This document shows, piece by piece, positions 7,434 through 16,297 of a DNA stretch of 64,000 nt (position 1 is its first letter; the number at the start of each line of letters is the position of its first letter). Position numbers and translations under genes: made by a program. Source of the stretch: Acidimicrobiaceae bacterium (lineage in GTDB: Bacteria; Actinomycetota; Acidimicrobiia; Acidimicrobiales; RAAP-2); NCBI GenBank assembly GCA_003155135.1, contig PMFN01000015.1, positions 15,747-79,746 on the forward strand, written 5' to 3'. The notes under the pieces are model-generated. The model did no database searches and was not told where the DNA came from. It saw nothing but the letters and a program-made list of their open reading frames with translations.

Positions 7434-10400
7434 GTGCTGACCGTCCAGCTCCTGGGCCCATTGCAGGCCACATGGTCCGGCGAGAGTCTGGTCTTGTCGC
7501 GGCGACTCGAACGAGCCCTCCTCGCGCGCCTGTCGCTCGACCCTGGCCGTGCAGTGCCGGCCAGTCAGCTGGTGGTTGATCTGTGGGGCGGCGGCGACGA
7601 AGGCCCCCGGGACGCGCACTCGAGCCTCCAGACCCTCGTCTACCGGCTCCGACGGTCGCTCGGGCCGGCGTCTGCCCTGCTCGAGTCGGCGGGCGGCGGC
7701 TACCGCCTCGCCATCGAGCCCCAGCAGGTCGACGCCTGCCGCTTCGAATCGCTTGTGAGCTCGGCCGCCCGCAACGGTGACCAGCACGTCGCACGCCAAC
7801 TGCTCACCGAGGCGCTCGCCCTGTGGCAGGGGCCTCCCCTCGCAGACCTCGAAGTCATCCCTTTTGTGCCCGCCCAATCGGTGCGGTTGGCTGCGGCGCG
7901 TCTTGACGCGATCTCCAAGCGCGTCGACGCCGATCTGGCCACCGGGCGGCACGCGTTGGTCGTGCCCGAGCTCGAGGCGCTGGTCCGCCAGGAGCCCTAC
8001 CAGGAGCGAATCTGGCGGCAGCTGATGCTCGCCCATTACCGCTCCGGCTCGCAGACTGCTGCGCTGCGGACCGCCAGCAGGCTCCGTGAGGCACTCGTGG
8101 AGGATCTCGGACTCGAGCCCGATCCAACGACGCTCGAGCTCGAAGCGGCGATCCTGCGTCATGACCCCTCCCTGGCGGCCGTGCCGACACTGCGACCGTC
8201 TGGCGGCTCGGGGTTCAATCCACCCGGAGGCGAGCCAGAAAGGCCAGTGTCGCGCGAGGAGGTGGGTGCACTCCCCCCTGTTGGTGGTACGCCGGGCAAG
8301 GACATCGCAGTCGTCCTCGCGGCCGATCCGGGAACTGTGCCCGAGGCAGTCGAACCGGAGACGGCCGACTCGGTCGCACGGCGCCTGCGAGGGATCATCG
8401 ATCGCACGATCGATGCGGCAGGAGGCTCCCCCCTTGCCAGCGACGAGCGCTGCTCGCTCGGCGCTTTCGCATCCGTCGCCGACGCCGTTCGGGCGGCCGT
8501 GGCAATCCAGCAATCCGTCGCCGAGGAAGGATGGCCCGAGGGATGGAAACCGGCGGTGCGCGTGGGCATCGACGTCGGCGTCCTTCGCAGCCGAGCGGGC
8601 AGCGGGTCAGCTGTCGAGCGAGTCATTCGCCTGGCTGCCAGCGCGAATCCGGGACAGATCGTCACATCCGCCGAAGGAGTGCCCGAAGCGTCGCTGCTGG
8701 CACCGGCGGCATCGGGGCACACGCTCGGGACGTTCCTCTTGGGGGATCTGCCCGAGCCGGTCACCATCCTCCAGATCACCGCCCGGGGGATCCGCGACGA
8801 GTTTCCGCCGCTCGAGTCGCACGACCCCTCCACGGTCAGGATCCTGCGGACGTCCAACAGTTTCGTCGGCCGGAGGGCCGAACTTGCCGAGGTGGGAGCG
8901 AAACTCCTCGGCGGTGCGGTCGTGACGCTCGTTGCCGCAGGAGGCACCGGCAAGACCAGGCTCTCTCGGGAGCTGGCGGTCGAACTGGCCGGGACGTTCC
9001 GAGGCGACGTTCATTTCGTCGCCCTCGAAGACGTCGGGACCGCCGGCGTGGTGACCCATGTGGCGACCACCGTCCTCGGGGATTCGCCGCTCGCGCGCGC
9101 CGAGGGTGCTGACGACCCACTGGCCGCGCTCGTCGATCATCTTTCGACTCGCCGCGCACTCCTGATCCTCGACAACTGCGAGCACGTCTTGGGCGAGACG
9201 GCCGGGCTTGTTCGCTCGCTGTGCACCCGTTGCGACGCGCTCTCGATCCTGGCGACGAGCCGTGAACGGCTGGGCGTGCCCGAGGAGTTCGTCGTCGCCC
9301 TCCGCCCGCTTCCCGTCGCTGCCGACACGCACGGTGACGGTGCTGCGGACACTGCCGGACCGATCGGGCCTTCGCCGGCCGCACAGCTGTTCTGTGACCG
9401 GGCGTCGAGCGCCAACCCGGCCTTCGAGGTGTCGGCCACGACCCTGGCGTTGATCGAGCGAATCTGCAGAGCCGTCGACGGCCTTCCCCTGGCGATCGAG
9501 CTGGCGGCCGCCCGCATGCGCACGATCACCGTCGGACAGATGGCGGACCGGCTCTCCAACCTGCTCAGCCTGCTCCGCCAGCCCCGTTCCGGGGCGCCAC
9601 AGCGCCACCAGTCGCTCGAACAGGCGATCGCCTGGTCGTTCGACCTGCTCGAGCCCATCGAACAACGACTGCTCTCCTGGGCGTCGGTGTTCGTCGGCGG
9701 CTTCTCCCTCGAGGCATTCGAGCACCTGGCCGAGGCCGCCGGCGCCTCCGCTGACGGCCTCGATATCCTCGAGTCGCTCTGTGACAAGTCGCTCGTGACG
9801 CCCGAGCTCAGAACCGATGTCATCCGCTACCGGTTGGCGGCGCCGATCCGCGAGTTCGCCGCCACCCGGCTGGACCGGCTCGGCGAGCGCCCCGACGCTG
9901 AGGGGGCCCACCTCTCGTTCTTTGCCGAGCTCGGCGGCAGGAGCGAGGCTGCGATCAGCGGCGAACTCCAGCCTGCAGAGCTCAGCGCGTTGAAGGCCGA
10001 GAACGAGAACTTCGTGGCGGCGATCCACCGGGCAGCGGCCGGTGGCGATGCCGACCGGGCGCTCGTGCTGGCCCTGGGGCTGCATGCCTTCTGGGAGGAG
10101 ACAGGGAACCTCCCCGAGGCCAGCCAGCTGATCGAGTCCCTGGTCGGCGACGACCTGTCGGATCCCATGACCTTTCGGGGGATCGCGGTCCTGCTGGCGT
10201 ATGCACCCATGTGCGGGAACCTGCGCCAGGCGGTCGAGCTCGCCGATGCCCTCACCCCGGCGCTCGAACGGGAACTGACGCCCCGCCAGGCCGGCCAGCT
10301 GCGCTACACGCTCGCCTTCGTCCACTCGGCCAGGGGCGATCTCGAAGCAGCAAGCGATCTCTGGGCCGAGGCCGGCCGCATGCTGGTCGGCGTGGACAAC

Positions 10401-11042
10401 CCGTTCGCCCGCCACGCGCTGTTCAACGCGGGCCACTCATCGACCCATGCCGGGCGCTTCGACGACGCACGCCGTTACCTGGAGGAGGCCACGGCCGTGC
10501 CCCCGCCGGTGCAGGGCTGGTTCCCGGACCTGGTGCGGGTGAACCGGGCATTGATCGACATCTACACCGGCAGAGGCGGGGCCGACGAACTCGTCGCCGG
10601 GGCGCTGGCCGTGGACTCGAGGGGACTCCGCTTCCGGATGATGCTGGCGACCATCGACACGGCATTGGGTCTGCACCGTGCCGGCCTGACGGGCGCGGCA
10701 GAACCCTGGTGGCGCCGCCTCTTGGACATCGGGCTCGAGATGGGAAACATGTGGACCGCGCTGGTCGGACTCGAGTTCGCCGCCTGGACCTCGGCCGGGT
10801 CAGGCGACGATGCGCGCGCTGCGGAGATCTGGGCGTGCGTCGACCGCACCGCGGCCGACCGCTGGTACGGGTGGTGGGACCTCATCGAGCAAGAGGGCGC
10901 GGCCCAGCGAAAACTGGTCGAAGGCCGCTCGCCGGACGCGTTCGAAGCCGGTGCGGATCGCGGCCGGGGACGGGCGCTCAATGACATCGCCGACGCCGTG
11001 CGCCGGGCCAAACCCAACCCGGAGCGAGCGCCGCTGCCGTGA
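7434..11042 (+). CDS. large SARP-family regulator: OmpR-type wHTH + BTAD, degenerate class-III cyclase-homology domain, NB-ARC/STAND P-loop NTPase, C-terminal TPR-like helical repeats
   Basis: GTG start preceded by GGGGAGG. Residues 1-245 look like SARP/BTAD (LLGPL, YRL, EPYQERIWRQLMLAHYRSG, LGLEPDP). Residues ~289-449 resemble a cyclase domain (VVLAADPGT, ASDERCSLGAFASVADAVRAAVAIQQS, VRVGIDVG, ANPGQIVTS). Walker A is AAGGTGKT (nt 8934-8957) and Walker B is LLILDN (nt 9159-9176). GLPLAIELAA is a typical NB-ARC motif. Confidence 0.9.
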   Translation: MLTVQLLGPLQATWSGESLVLSRRLERALLARLSLDPGRAVPASQLVVDLWGGGDEGPRDAHSSLQTLVYRLRRSLGPASALLESAGGGYRLAIEPQQVDACRFESLVSSAARNGDQHVARQLLTEALALWQGPPLADLEVIPFVPAQSVRLAAARLDAISKRVDADLATGRHALVVPELEALVRQEPYQERIWRQLMLAHYRSGSQTAALRTASRLREALVEDLGLEPDPTTLELEAAILRHDPSLAAVPTLRPSGGSGFNPPGGEPERPVSREEVGALPPVGGTPGKDIAVVLAADPGTVPEAVEPETADSVARRLRGIIDRTIDAAGGSPLASDERCSLGAFASVADAVRAAVAIQQSVAEEGWPEGWKPAVRVGIDVGVLRSRAGSGSAVERVIRLAASANPGQIVTSAEGVPEASLLAPAASGHTLGTFLLGDLPEPVTILQITARGIRDEFPPLESHDPSTVRILRTSNSFVGRRAELAEVGAKLLGGAVVTLVAAGGTGKTRLSRELAVELAGTFRGDVHFVALEDVGTAGVVTHVATTVLGDSPLARAEGADDPLAALVDHLSTRRALLILDNCEHVLGETAGLVRSLCTRCDALSILATSRERLGVPEEFVVALRPLPVAADTHGDGAADTAGPIGPSPAAQLFCDRASSANPAFEVSATTLALIERICRAVDGLPLAIELAAARMRTITVGQMADRLSNLLSLLRQPRSGAPQRHQSLEQAIAWSFDLLEPIEQRLLSWASVFVGGFSLEAFEHLAEAAGASADGLDILESLCDKSLVTPELRTDVIRYRLAAPIREFAATRLDRLGERPDAEGAHLSFFAELGGRSEAAISGELQPAELSALKAENENFVAAIHRAAAGGDADRALVLALGLHAFWEETGNLPEASQLIESLVGDDLSDPMTFRGIAVLLAYAPMCGNLRQAVELADALTPALERELTPRQAGQLRYTLAFVHSARGDLEAASDLWAEAGRMLVGVDNPFARHALFNAGHSSTHAGRFDDARRYLEEATAVPPPVQGWFPDLVRVNRALIDIYTGRGGADELVAGALAVDSRGLRFRMMLATIDTALGLHRAGLTGAAEPWWRRLLDIGLEMGNMWTALVGLEFAAWTSAGSGDDARAAEIWACVDRTAADRWYGWWDLIEQEGAAQRKLVEGRSPDAFEAGADRGRGRALNDIADAVRRAKPNPERAPLP

Positions 11043-13231
11043 CGGACAGGCGGCCACGGATCGCCATCGTGGGCGCCGGGCCCGCCGGACTCTCCGCCGC
11101 GCTGCACCTGACCGACCCGGTCAGACAGCCCAACTGGCGGGACCGCTACGAGGTCCACATCTACCAGATGGGCTGGCGGGCAGGCGGCAAGGGGGCCACT
11201 GGGCGCAACCCGCACGCCCATGAGCGCGTCGAAGAGCACGGGATCCACCTTTTCGGCAACTTCTACTTCAACTCGACCCGGATGCTGGCGGGCGTCCTCG
11301 ACGAGGTGGCGTGGGACGTGCACGACCGGTTCCGTACGATGCACGAGCTGCTCCTCCCCTCGCAGGCGTCATCGGGAACCGACTATGTCGAGGGCCGCTG
11401 GGAGCAGACACTCACGCCGATGATGAGCTCGGGTGGCGATCCGTGGACCGGCGAGGTGCGCATCGATGGGCGCGACATCGTCGGCCATCTGCTCGAGCAC
11501 ATGATCCACATCTTCGAACGCGCCATCGACGCGCAGCCGCCGAAGGGCGCCCTCGGAGCGCTCGAACGGATCCCGCGCCAGCTCATCGACGAGTGGCTCC
11601 GCGGGCTCCGCCGGCTGGTGCAGCGCGCCATCGAGTCGGAGCGTAAGGATCCGGCGCCACCGGGCCGAGAGCGCCACCGCGCCGTCGTCGCCGAACTGAG
11701 CGCCAAGGTCCGACAGCTCGGCGCCGTCAACAGGCTCCTCCCCCGAGACGCCGTGCTTCGCGCCGTCTACATCTCGGCCGACCTCGCCATGACGCTCTTC
11801 CGGGGTCTCATCGAGGACGAGGTCGCGCAGGTGGGCGTCGACTCGATCGACAACGAGAACTACCGCGACTGGCTCGAGCGTCACGGCGCCTCCAACGTCA
11901 CGCTCTCCTCCGGCTGGCCCCAGTCGATCCCGAACACCGCTCTCGGCTATGAGTACGGCGACACCACGGTGGTGCCCACGATGTCGGCGTCCGCCTTCGT
12001 CATGTTCTTCACCCGGTGGATCATGGGCTCGGGGTCCGGCGCCTACTTCTTCCGCCAGGGCACCGGTGACACCATCATCAAGCCCCTCTACCGCACACTC
12101 GTCCAACGTGGCGTGCACTTCCACTTCTTCCACAAGTTGGTCTCGGTGACCGCAGAGGGGCCGGGCGACGGCGGGCTCGTGACCTCCCTCGTGTTCGATC
12201 GCCAGGCGACGGTCCTCGCCGAGACCTATGACCCGTTGCGCCGCCTTCACGACGGTGAGCAAGTCTGGCCGGACCGTCCGCGCTACGAACTGCTCCGCGA
12301 GGGCGAGGCTCTCCAGCGCGGCGACGAGCTGCCCGGCGGCGGCTACGACCTCGAGTCGTGGTGGAGCGCCTGGTCGCCTCCCGAGCGCCTGACGCTCACG
12401 CACGGCGAAGGCTTCGACCACGTGATCCTGGCCACGCCCATCGCGACGCTCCCCCACACCTGCCAGGCACTGCTCGAGCGCTCGACGGCGTGGAGGGCGA
12501 TGACCGAGCACCTCAAGTCCGCCGCCACCCAGGCGGTCCAGCTCTGGGTCGACCGGCCGACCACCGAGCTCGGCTGGAACGCCCCGCTCACCGGCACGGA
12601 TCGCTATCTCGGCGGCATCTTCGCCCAGGACCTCACCTCGTACTGCGACTTCAGCGACCTAATCGAGCACGAGCGCTGGCCGGCCGAGCACCGTCCCCGA
12701 GGGCTCATCTACCTGATCGGCGCCCTGTCGGACCCCGACGAGATCCCAGGCTTCGACGACCACGGCTACCCCGCTCGCCAACGTGAGCGGGTCCGTTGGA
12801 TGAGCGTACAGTTCCTCCGATCGATCAACGGCCTGCTCCCCGAGGCGTCGAGCAGTCCCATCGACCCGCGCTCGTTCGATTTCGACATGCTGTTCCCCTA
12901 CGACCCCGACCGCCGAGGGCGCGGGGTCAACCAGTTCGACCAGCAGTACTGGCGCGCGAACGTCGACCCGAACGAGCGCTACACCTTGAACGTCGCAGGC
13001 TCAACCGTCTACCGGCTCGATGCGTGGGACTCCAAGTTCTCGAACCTCGTGCTGGCGGGCGACTGGATCCACACCGGCTGGAACGTGGGCAGCTTCGAAG
13101 CGGCGGTGATGTCGGGGAAGCTGGCATCGCTGGCGCTCACCGGCTGGCCGGGCATCGGAGAGGTCTGGGGCTACGAGTTCCTCCAGCGCGAGCGCCCAGG
13201 CCCGCCAGCGCCGCCGTTCCCGGCTCCTTGA
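11039..13231 (+). CDS. FAD/NAD(P)-binding oxidoreductase, amine-oxidase/phytoene-desaturase fold with a large helical insertion
   Basis: The GTG start overlaps the regulator's TGA stop (GTGA at 11039-11042). The dinucleotide-binding motif RIAIVGAGPAGLSAA lies at the N-terminus. The C-terminal NLVLAGDWIHTGWNVGSFEAAVMSG is typical of this fold. Only two Cys residues, so an Fe-S cluster is unlikely. Confidence 0.8.
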   Translation: MTDRRPRIAIVGAGPAGLSAALHLTDPVRQPNWRDRYEVHIYQMGWRAGGKGATGRNPHAHERVEEHGIHLFGNFYFNSTRMLAGVLDEVAWDVHDRFRTMHELLLPSQASSGTDYVEGRWEQTLTPMMSSGGDPWTGEVRIDGRDIVGHLLEHMIHIFERAIDAQPPKGALGALERIPRQLIDEWLRGLRRLVQRAIESERKDPAPPGRERHRAVVAELSAKVRQLGAVNRLLPRDAVLRAVYISADLAMTLFRGLIEDEVAQVGVDSIDNENYRDWLERHGASNVTLSSGWPQSIPNTALGYEYGDTTVVPTMSASAFVMFFTRWIMGSGSGAYFFRQGTGDTIIKPLYRTLVQRGVHFHFFHKLVSVTAEGPGDGGLVTSLVFDRQATVLAETYDPLRRLHDGEQVWPDRPRYELLREGEALQRGDELPGGGYDLESWWSAWSPPERLTLTHGEGFDHVILATPIATLPHTCQALLERSTAWRAMTEHLKSAATQAVQLWVDRPTTELGWNAPLTGTDRYLGGIFAQDLTSYCDFSDLIEHERWPAEHRPRGLIYLIGALSDPDEIPGFDDHGYPARQRERVRWMSVQFLRSINGLLPEASSSPIDPRSFDFDMLFPYDPDRRGRGVNQFDQQYWRANVDPNERYTLNVAGSTVYRLDAWDSKFSNLVLAGDWIHTGWNVGSFEAAVMSGKLASLALTGWPGIGEVWGYEFLQRERPGPPAPPFPAP

Positions 13232-13266
13232 GCGCACCGCTTGGCTCAGTCGATGCTGGTGCGCTC
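13230..13266. terminator. candidate hairpin (9-bp perfect stem GAGCGCACC / GGTGCGCTC, 19-nt loop) at the stop codon of the oxidoreductase gene
   Basis: Arms read directly at 13230-13238 and 13258-13266. No clear U-tract and the loop is long, so function as a terminator is uncertain. Confidence 0.3.
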
Positions 13267-13460
13267 TCGTCGCAGCACTTGGGCAACGGAGCGCACGAAC
13301 AGCACCGAGCCGAAGACGAGGCCGATGAACCCGATCGCCTGGAGCGAGAGGCGCACGTCCCTTGTCGGCGCCAGCTCGGCCGCCACGAGGATCACCGCCG
13401 AGGGCGTCCACCGCTGCCGGCGTCCTTCGGCTCGGCGACCTCGCCGGGGGTCGGTGTGGG

Positions 13461-15245
13461 TTAGCGGTCGCTCATGACGCCGGCACCGATCTCGGCGGAT
13501 GCGAGCTCGCCCACCTCGAGCGTGCCGAGACCGGCTTCGTCGATGGCCGACGCCGTCCCGTGGATGTAGCGGCCGCCGCGCAGCCACGATGCGATCGCCG
13601 CGATGAAGGTGGTGGCGGCGGCGAAGTCGAACGCCAGGTGCAGTCCGTTCTCGAACGCCGGTGCGATCAGCTTCGGGAAGAAGCTCCGCCCGGTCAGGTA
13701 GACGGCACGGGCGTGGCCCAGGTGAGCCAGGACCTGATGGGGCACCTCGGTCTGGATGGGGTTGAAACCGAGGAACGCCGCGAAGAGGCTCCCGATGGGC
13801 GGCAGGTGCGAGAGCTTCTGGGCCTGCGCGTTCGGCACCCCTTCAGCGAGCAGGCCGTGGAGGAGTTGGCCCGGGAGCGATGCGGCGAGGCCCAAGGTGA
13901 CGATGGAGAAGAACACACCGATCGAGAGCACCTGGGCCGAGTTCATGAAGGTGGCGTTCATCCCGCCGCCGGCACCGCGCTGCTCCGCCGGCAGGCTGTT
14001 CATGACGGCCATCTGGTTCGGGGAGAAGAACATGCCCGAGAAGATGGAGAAGAACAGGACGATGACGGCGAAGGGCCAGTAGTTGAAGTTCATCGGCAGG
14101 GTCTCGAGCAACAGATAGCAGATGCCTGCACCGATGAGCCCGATCGTGGCGATGGCCCGTGCCCCGTGGCGGTCGGCGAAGATCCCCGAGGCCGGCCCCG
14201 AGAGCAGGAAGCCGATGGTGAGGGGGATGAGGTAGATCCCCGCCCACAGCGGCGTCTGCGAGAAGTTGTAGCCGTGCTGGGGCAGCCAGATCCCCTGCAG
14301 CCAGATGATCAGCATGAACTGGAGGCCACCACGCCCGAGCGCCGACAGCAGCGAGGCGATGATGCCGGTGGTGAAGGCCCGGATACGGAAGAGGTGGAGC
14401 TGGAACATCGGGTTCTCGACCTTCGTCTCGATGATGACGAACGCGACGAGGAAGAGGAGGCCGCCGAACACCGCACCGAGGACGCCGGGGTTGGTCCAGC
14501 CCATCGTGTGCCCGCCATAGGGCTGGATCCCGTAGACGATGCCGGTGAGGAGCGCGATGAGGCCGATGGCGAAGGTGATGTTGCCCAGCCAGTCGAGGCT
14601 GCTCTTGATCCGCACCCCGTTGTCCTTCAGCATCAGGTAGGCCCAGACCGTGCCGAAGATCCCGAAGGGCACCGAGACGAGGAAGACGAGCCGCCAGTCG
14701 ATCGGTGCGAGCACCCCGCCGAGGATCAGGCCGAGGAAGGAGCCGGTGACGAGGGCGACGCCGTTGATGCCCATCGCCTTGCCGCGCTCGTTCTCGGGGA
14801 ACGCGTCGGTGAGGATCGCGCTCGAGTTGGCGAACAGGAACGCGCCGCCGACGCCTTGGCCGATCCGCATGAAGATGATCCACAGGGCCCCGTCGGCGCC
14901 CTTCATCCAGGTCAACGACAACAGGATGGAAAAGACCGTGAAGACGGCGAACCCCAGGTTGTACATCTTCACCCGGCCGTACATGTCGCCCACCCGGCCG
15001 AAGCTGACCACGAGGACGGCCGAGACGAGCATGAAGCCCATCAGGATCCACAAGAAGTACGACGTGTTGCCGGGAGCCAGGGGCGCGAGGTCGATGCCCT
15101 TGAAGATGGCCGGGAGCGAGATCAACAGGATCGACTGGTTGATCGTCACCATCAAGATGCCGAGGGTGGTGTTGGACAGGGCCACCCATTTGTAGTGGTC
15201 AGGCCGCGCGCTCGGCACGGCCACGTCGGTGGCAGCCGTCGTCAT
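13461..15245 (-). CDS. MFS transporter, DHA2 (14-TMS drug:H+ antiporter-like) family
   Basis: 594-aa ORF with an ATG start. Contains [28 protein letters not shown] and [13 protein letters not shown] and is hydrophobic throughout. It lies divergent to a MarR gene. Confidence 0.9.
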   Translation of the reverse strand: MTTAATDVAVPSARPDHYKWVALSNTTLGILMVTINQSILLISLPAIFKGIDLAPLAPGNTSYFLWILMGFMLVSAVLVVSFGRVGDMYGRVKMYNLGFAVFTVFSILLSLTWMKGADGALWIIFMRIGQGVGGAFLFANSSAILTDAFPENERGKAMGINGVALVTGSFLGLILGGVLAPIDWRLVFLVSVPFGIFGTVWAYLMLKDNGVRIKSSLDWLGNITFAIGLIALLTGIVYGIQPYGGHTMGWTNPGVLGAVFGGLLFLVAFVIIETKVENPMFQLHLFRIRAFTTGIIASLLSALGRGGLQFMLIIWLQGIWLPQHGYNFSQTPLWAGIYLIPLTIGFLLSGPASGIFADRHGARAIATIGLIGAGICYLLLETLPMNFNYWPFAVIVLFFSIFSGMFFSPNQMAVMNSLPAEQRGAGGGMNATFMNSAQVLSIGVFFSIVTLGLAASLPGQLLHGLLAEGVPNAQAQKLSHLPPIGSLFAAFLGFNPIQTEVPHQVLAHLGHARAVYLTGRSFFPKLIAPAFENGLHLAFDFAAATTFIAAIASWLRGGRYIHGTASAIDEAGLGTLEVGELASAEIGAGVMSDR

Positions 15246-15375
15246 CGACTGACCCGCCCGCTGCCCAGCGGGCCGTCGCCGGTCCGGTCAGAGCCCTGGG
15301 GCGCCGTCTTCGCTCGTTGCGTGCCTCGCAAGATCCTTCGTCCCTTCCCTGTCGGGCCGACGCCGCCCGCGCCGC

Positions 15376-15402
15376 AAACTACGTGTACCGTACAGTTAGT
15401 TT
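15376..15402. promoter_or_regulatory. imperfect 27-nt palindrome, candidate MarR operator in the MFS/MarR divergent gap
   Basis: The sequence is AAACTACGTGTAC-C-GTACAGTTAGTTT, and the 13-nt arms match at 11 of 13 positions by my count. It sits in the most AT-rich part of the 207-nt gap. Confidence 0.4.
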
Positions 15403-15452
15403 CCCAGTCTATAGGGGACGAAACGACGCAGGTTCATCCGATCGGAGCGCCC

Positions 15453-15947
15453 GTGGAATCCATCGCCACCATCGAGATCGAGCTCATGACGCTCGTCCGC
15501 CAGCTCGACACCCTCGGCCGAAAGAGCTCGCTGTACGTCGACGTGGACCGGGCCGGCTACCTGGCCCTTCGCACCCTCGAACGCCTCGGGCCGGTGCCGA
15601 CCCAGGTCTTGGCCGACGAACTGCACCTCGACGCCTCCACCGTGACACGCCAGGTCACCGCTCTCGTCGGAGCGGGCTTCGTGGCCCGGAGCCCGAATCC
15701 GACCGATGGGCGCTCCTCCCTGCTCGTGCTGACCCAGGGGGGCCGACAGGTGATGCGCCGCGTCGAGCAGCAGCGCAGTCAGGTGCTCCAAGAGATGTTC
15801 AAAGAGTGGGGCGACGGTGACCGGCGCGACCTCGGCCGGGTGCTCACGAAGTTGAACGCCACGCTCATCGAGCGCGTCGGCGAGCTGCGGAGCCAGAACT
15901 CCACGACCCGCCGGCCGGCTGCCGATGCCGTCGTTTCGGAGTACTAG
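15453..15947 (+). CDS. MarR-family transcriptional regulator
   Basis: This is the C-terminal 164 aa of the artefactual ORF 13362..15947. RAGYLALRTLERLGPVPTQVLADELHLDASTVTRQVTALVGAGFVARSPNPTDGRSSLLVLTQGG is a classic MarR wHTH. The start is GTG 15453 or ATG 15486. Confidence 0.85.
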   Translation: MESIATIEIELMTLVRQLDTLGRKSSLYVDVDRAGYLALRTLERLGPVPTQVLADELHLDASTVTRQVTALVGAGFVARSPNPTDGRSSLLVLTQGGRQVMRRVEQQRSQVLQEMFKEWGDGDRRDLGRVLTKLNATLIERVGELRSQNSTTRRPAADAVVSEY

Positions 15948-15969
15948 GTCGCCATCGCCCAACGACGAT

Positions 15970-16260
15970 TTAGGTCAACTTGAAGTGCCGGGTGGCTGCG
16001 TGCTTCGCCCGGTGCTCCCCCTGGTAGGGGCCGCGCAGTGCCTGCACTTCGGGGGACTGCAGTTGTGCCGGGCCGTCGGTATCGCCGCACTCGGCGCAGA
16101 AGACCTCCCAGAGGTGTGCGTCTTCGCCCTCGTGTGACCAGGCGCCGTCCGCGTCCTGCTTCCATCCGGTCCGGACGTGACGGGCATAGGGGTAATGGTG
16201 GGGGTCGCCCCCCTCGGCGTGCCGGCTCCGCCTCTCCGTCTCGGTCTTGATGTTGTTCAT
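15970..16260 (-). CDS. small hypothetical protein (His-rich, one CxxC)
   Basis: Starts at ATG 16260 (MNNIKTETERR...) inside ORF 15970..16314. Contains WEVFCAECGDTDGP and lies 37 nt downstream of the acyl-CoA dehydrogenase gene on the same strand. No family recognised. Confidence 0.4.
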   Translation of the reverse strand: MNNIKTETERRSRHAEGGDPHHYPYARHVRTGWKQDADGAWSHEGEDAHLWEVFCAECGDTDGPAQLQSPEVQALRGPYQGEHRAKHAATRHFKLT

Positions 16261-16297
16261 CAGGGCCGGCTCACCCACTAACCGGAAGTCGGACACC

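Noticed and set aside
6552-8513. 653-aa ORF on the minus strand
   Set aside because: It lies antisense to the motif-supported 2H phosphoesterase and SARP genes. Its translation is dominated by R/G/A/P with no recognisable motif, as expected for an open antisense frame in high-GC DNA.
8607-10436. 609-aa ORF on the minus strand
   Set aside because: It lies antisense to the NB-ARC/TPR part of the SARP regulator. It has low-complexity R/G/E/P composition and no motifs.
7434-11042. STAND NTPase + TPR protein as an Avs-like antiviral STAND defence gene
   Set aside because: The N-terminal module is a SARP DNA-binding domain rather than a nuclease, protease or other killing effector. No mobile-element or defence-island context is visible. 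The regulator interpretation is more parsimonious, although the architecture is still unusual.
13362-15452. N-terminal ~700 aa of the 861-aa plus-strand ORF
   Set aside because: It lies antisense to the clearly hydrophobic MFS transporter and is D/E/R/G-rich. Only the last ~164 aa (MarR) are credible.
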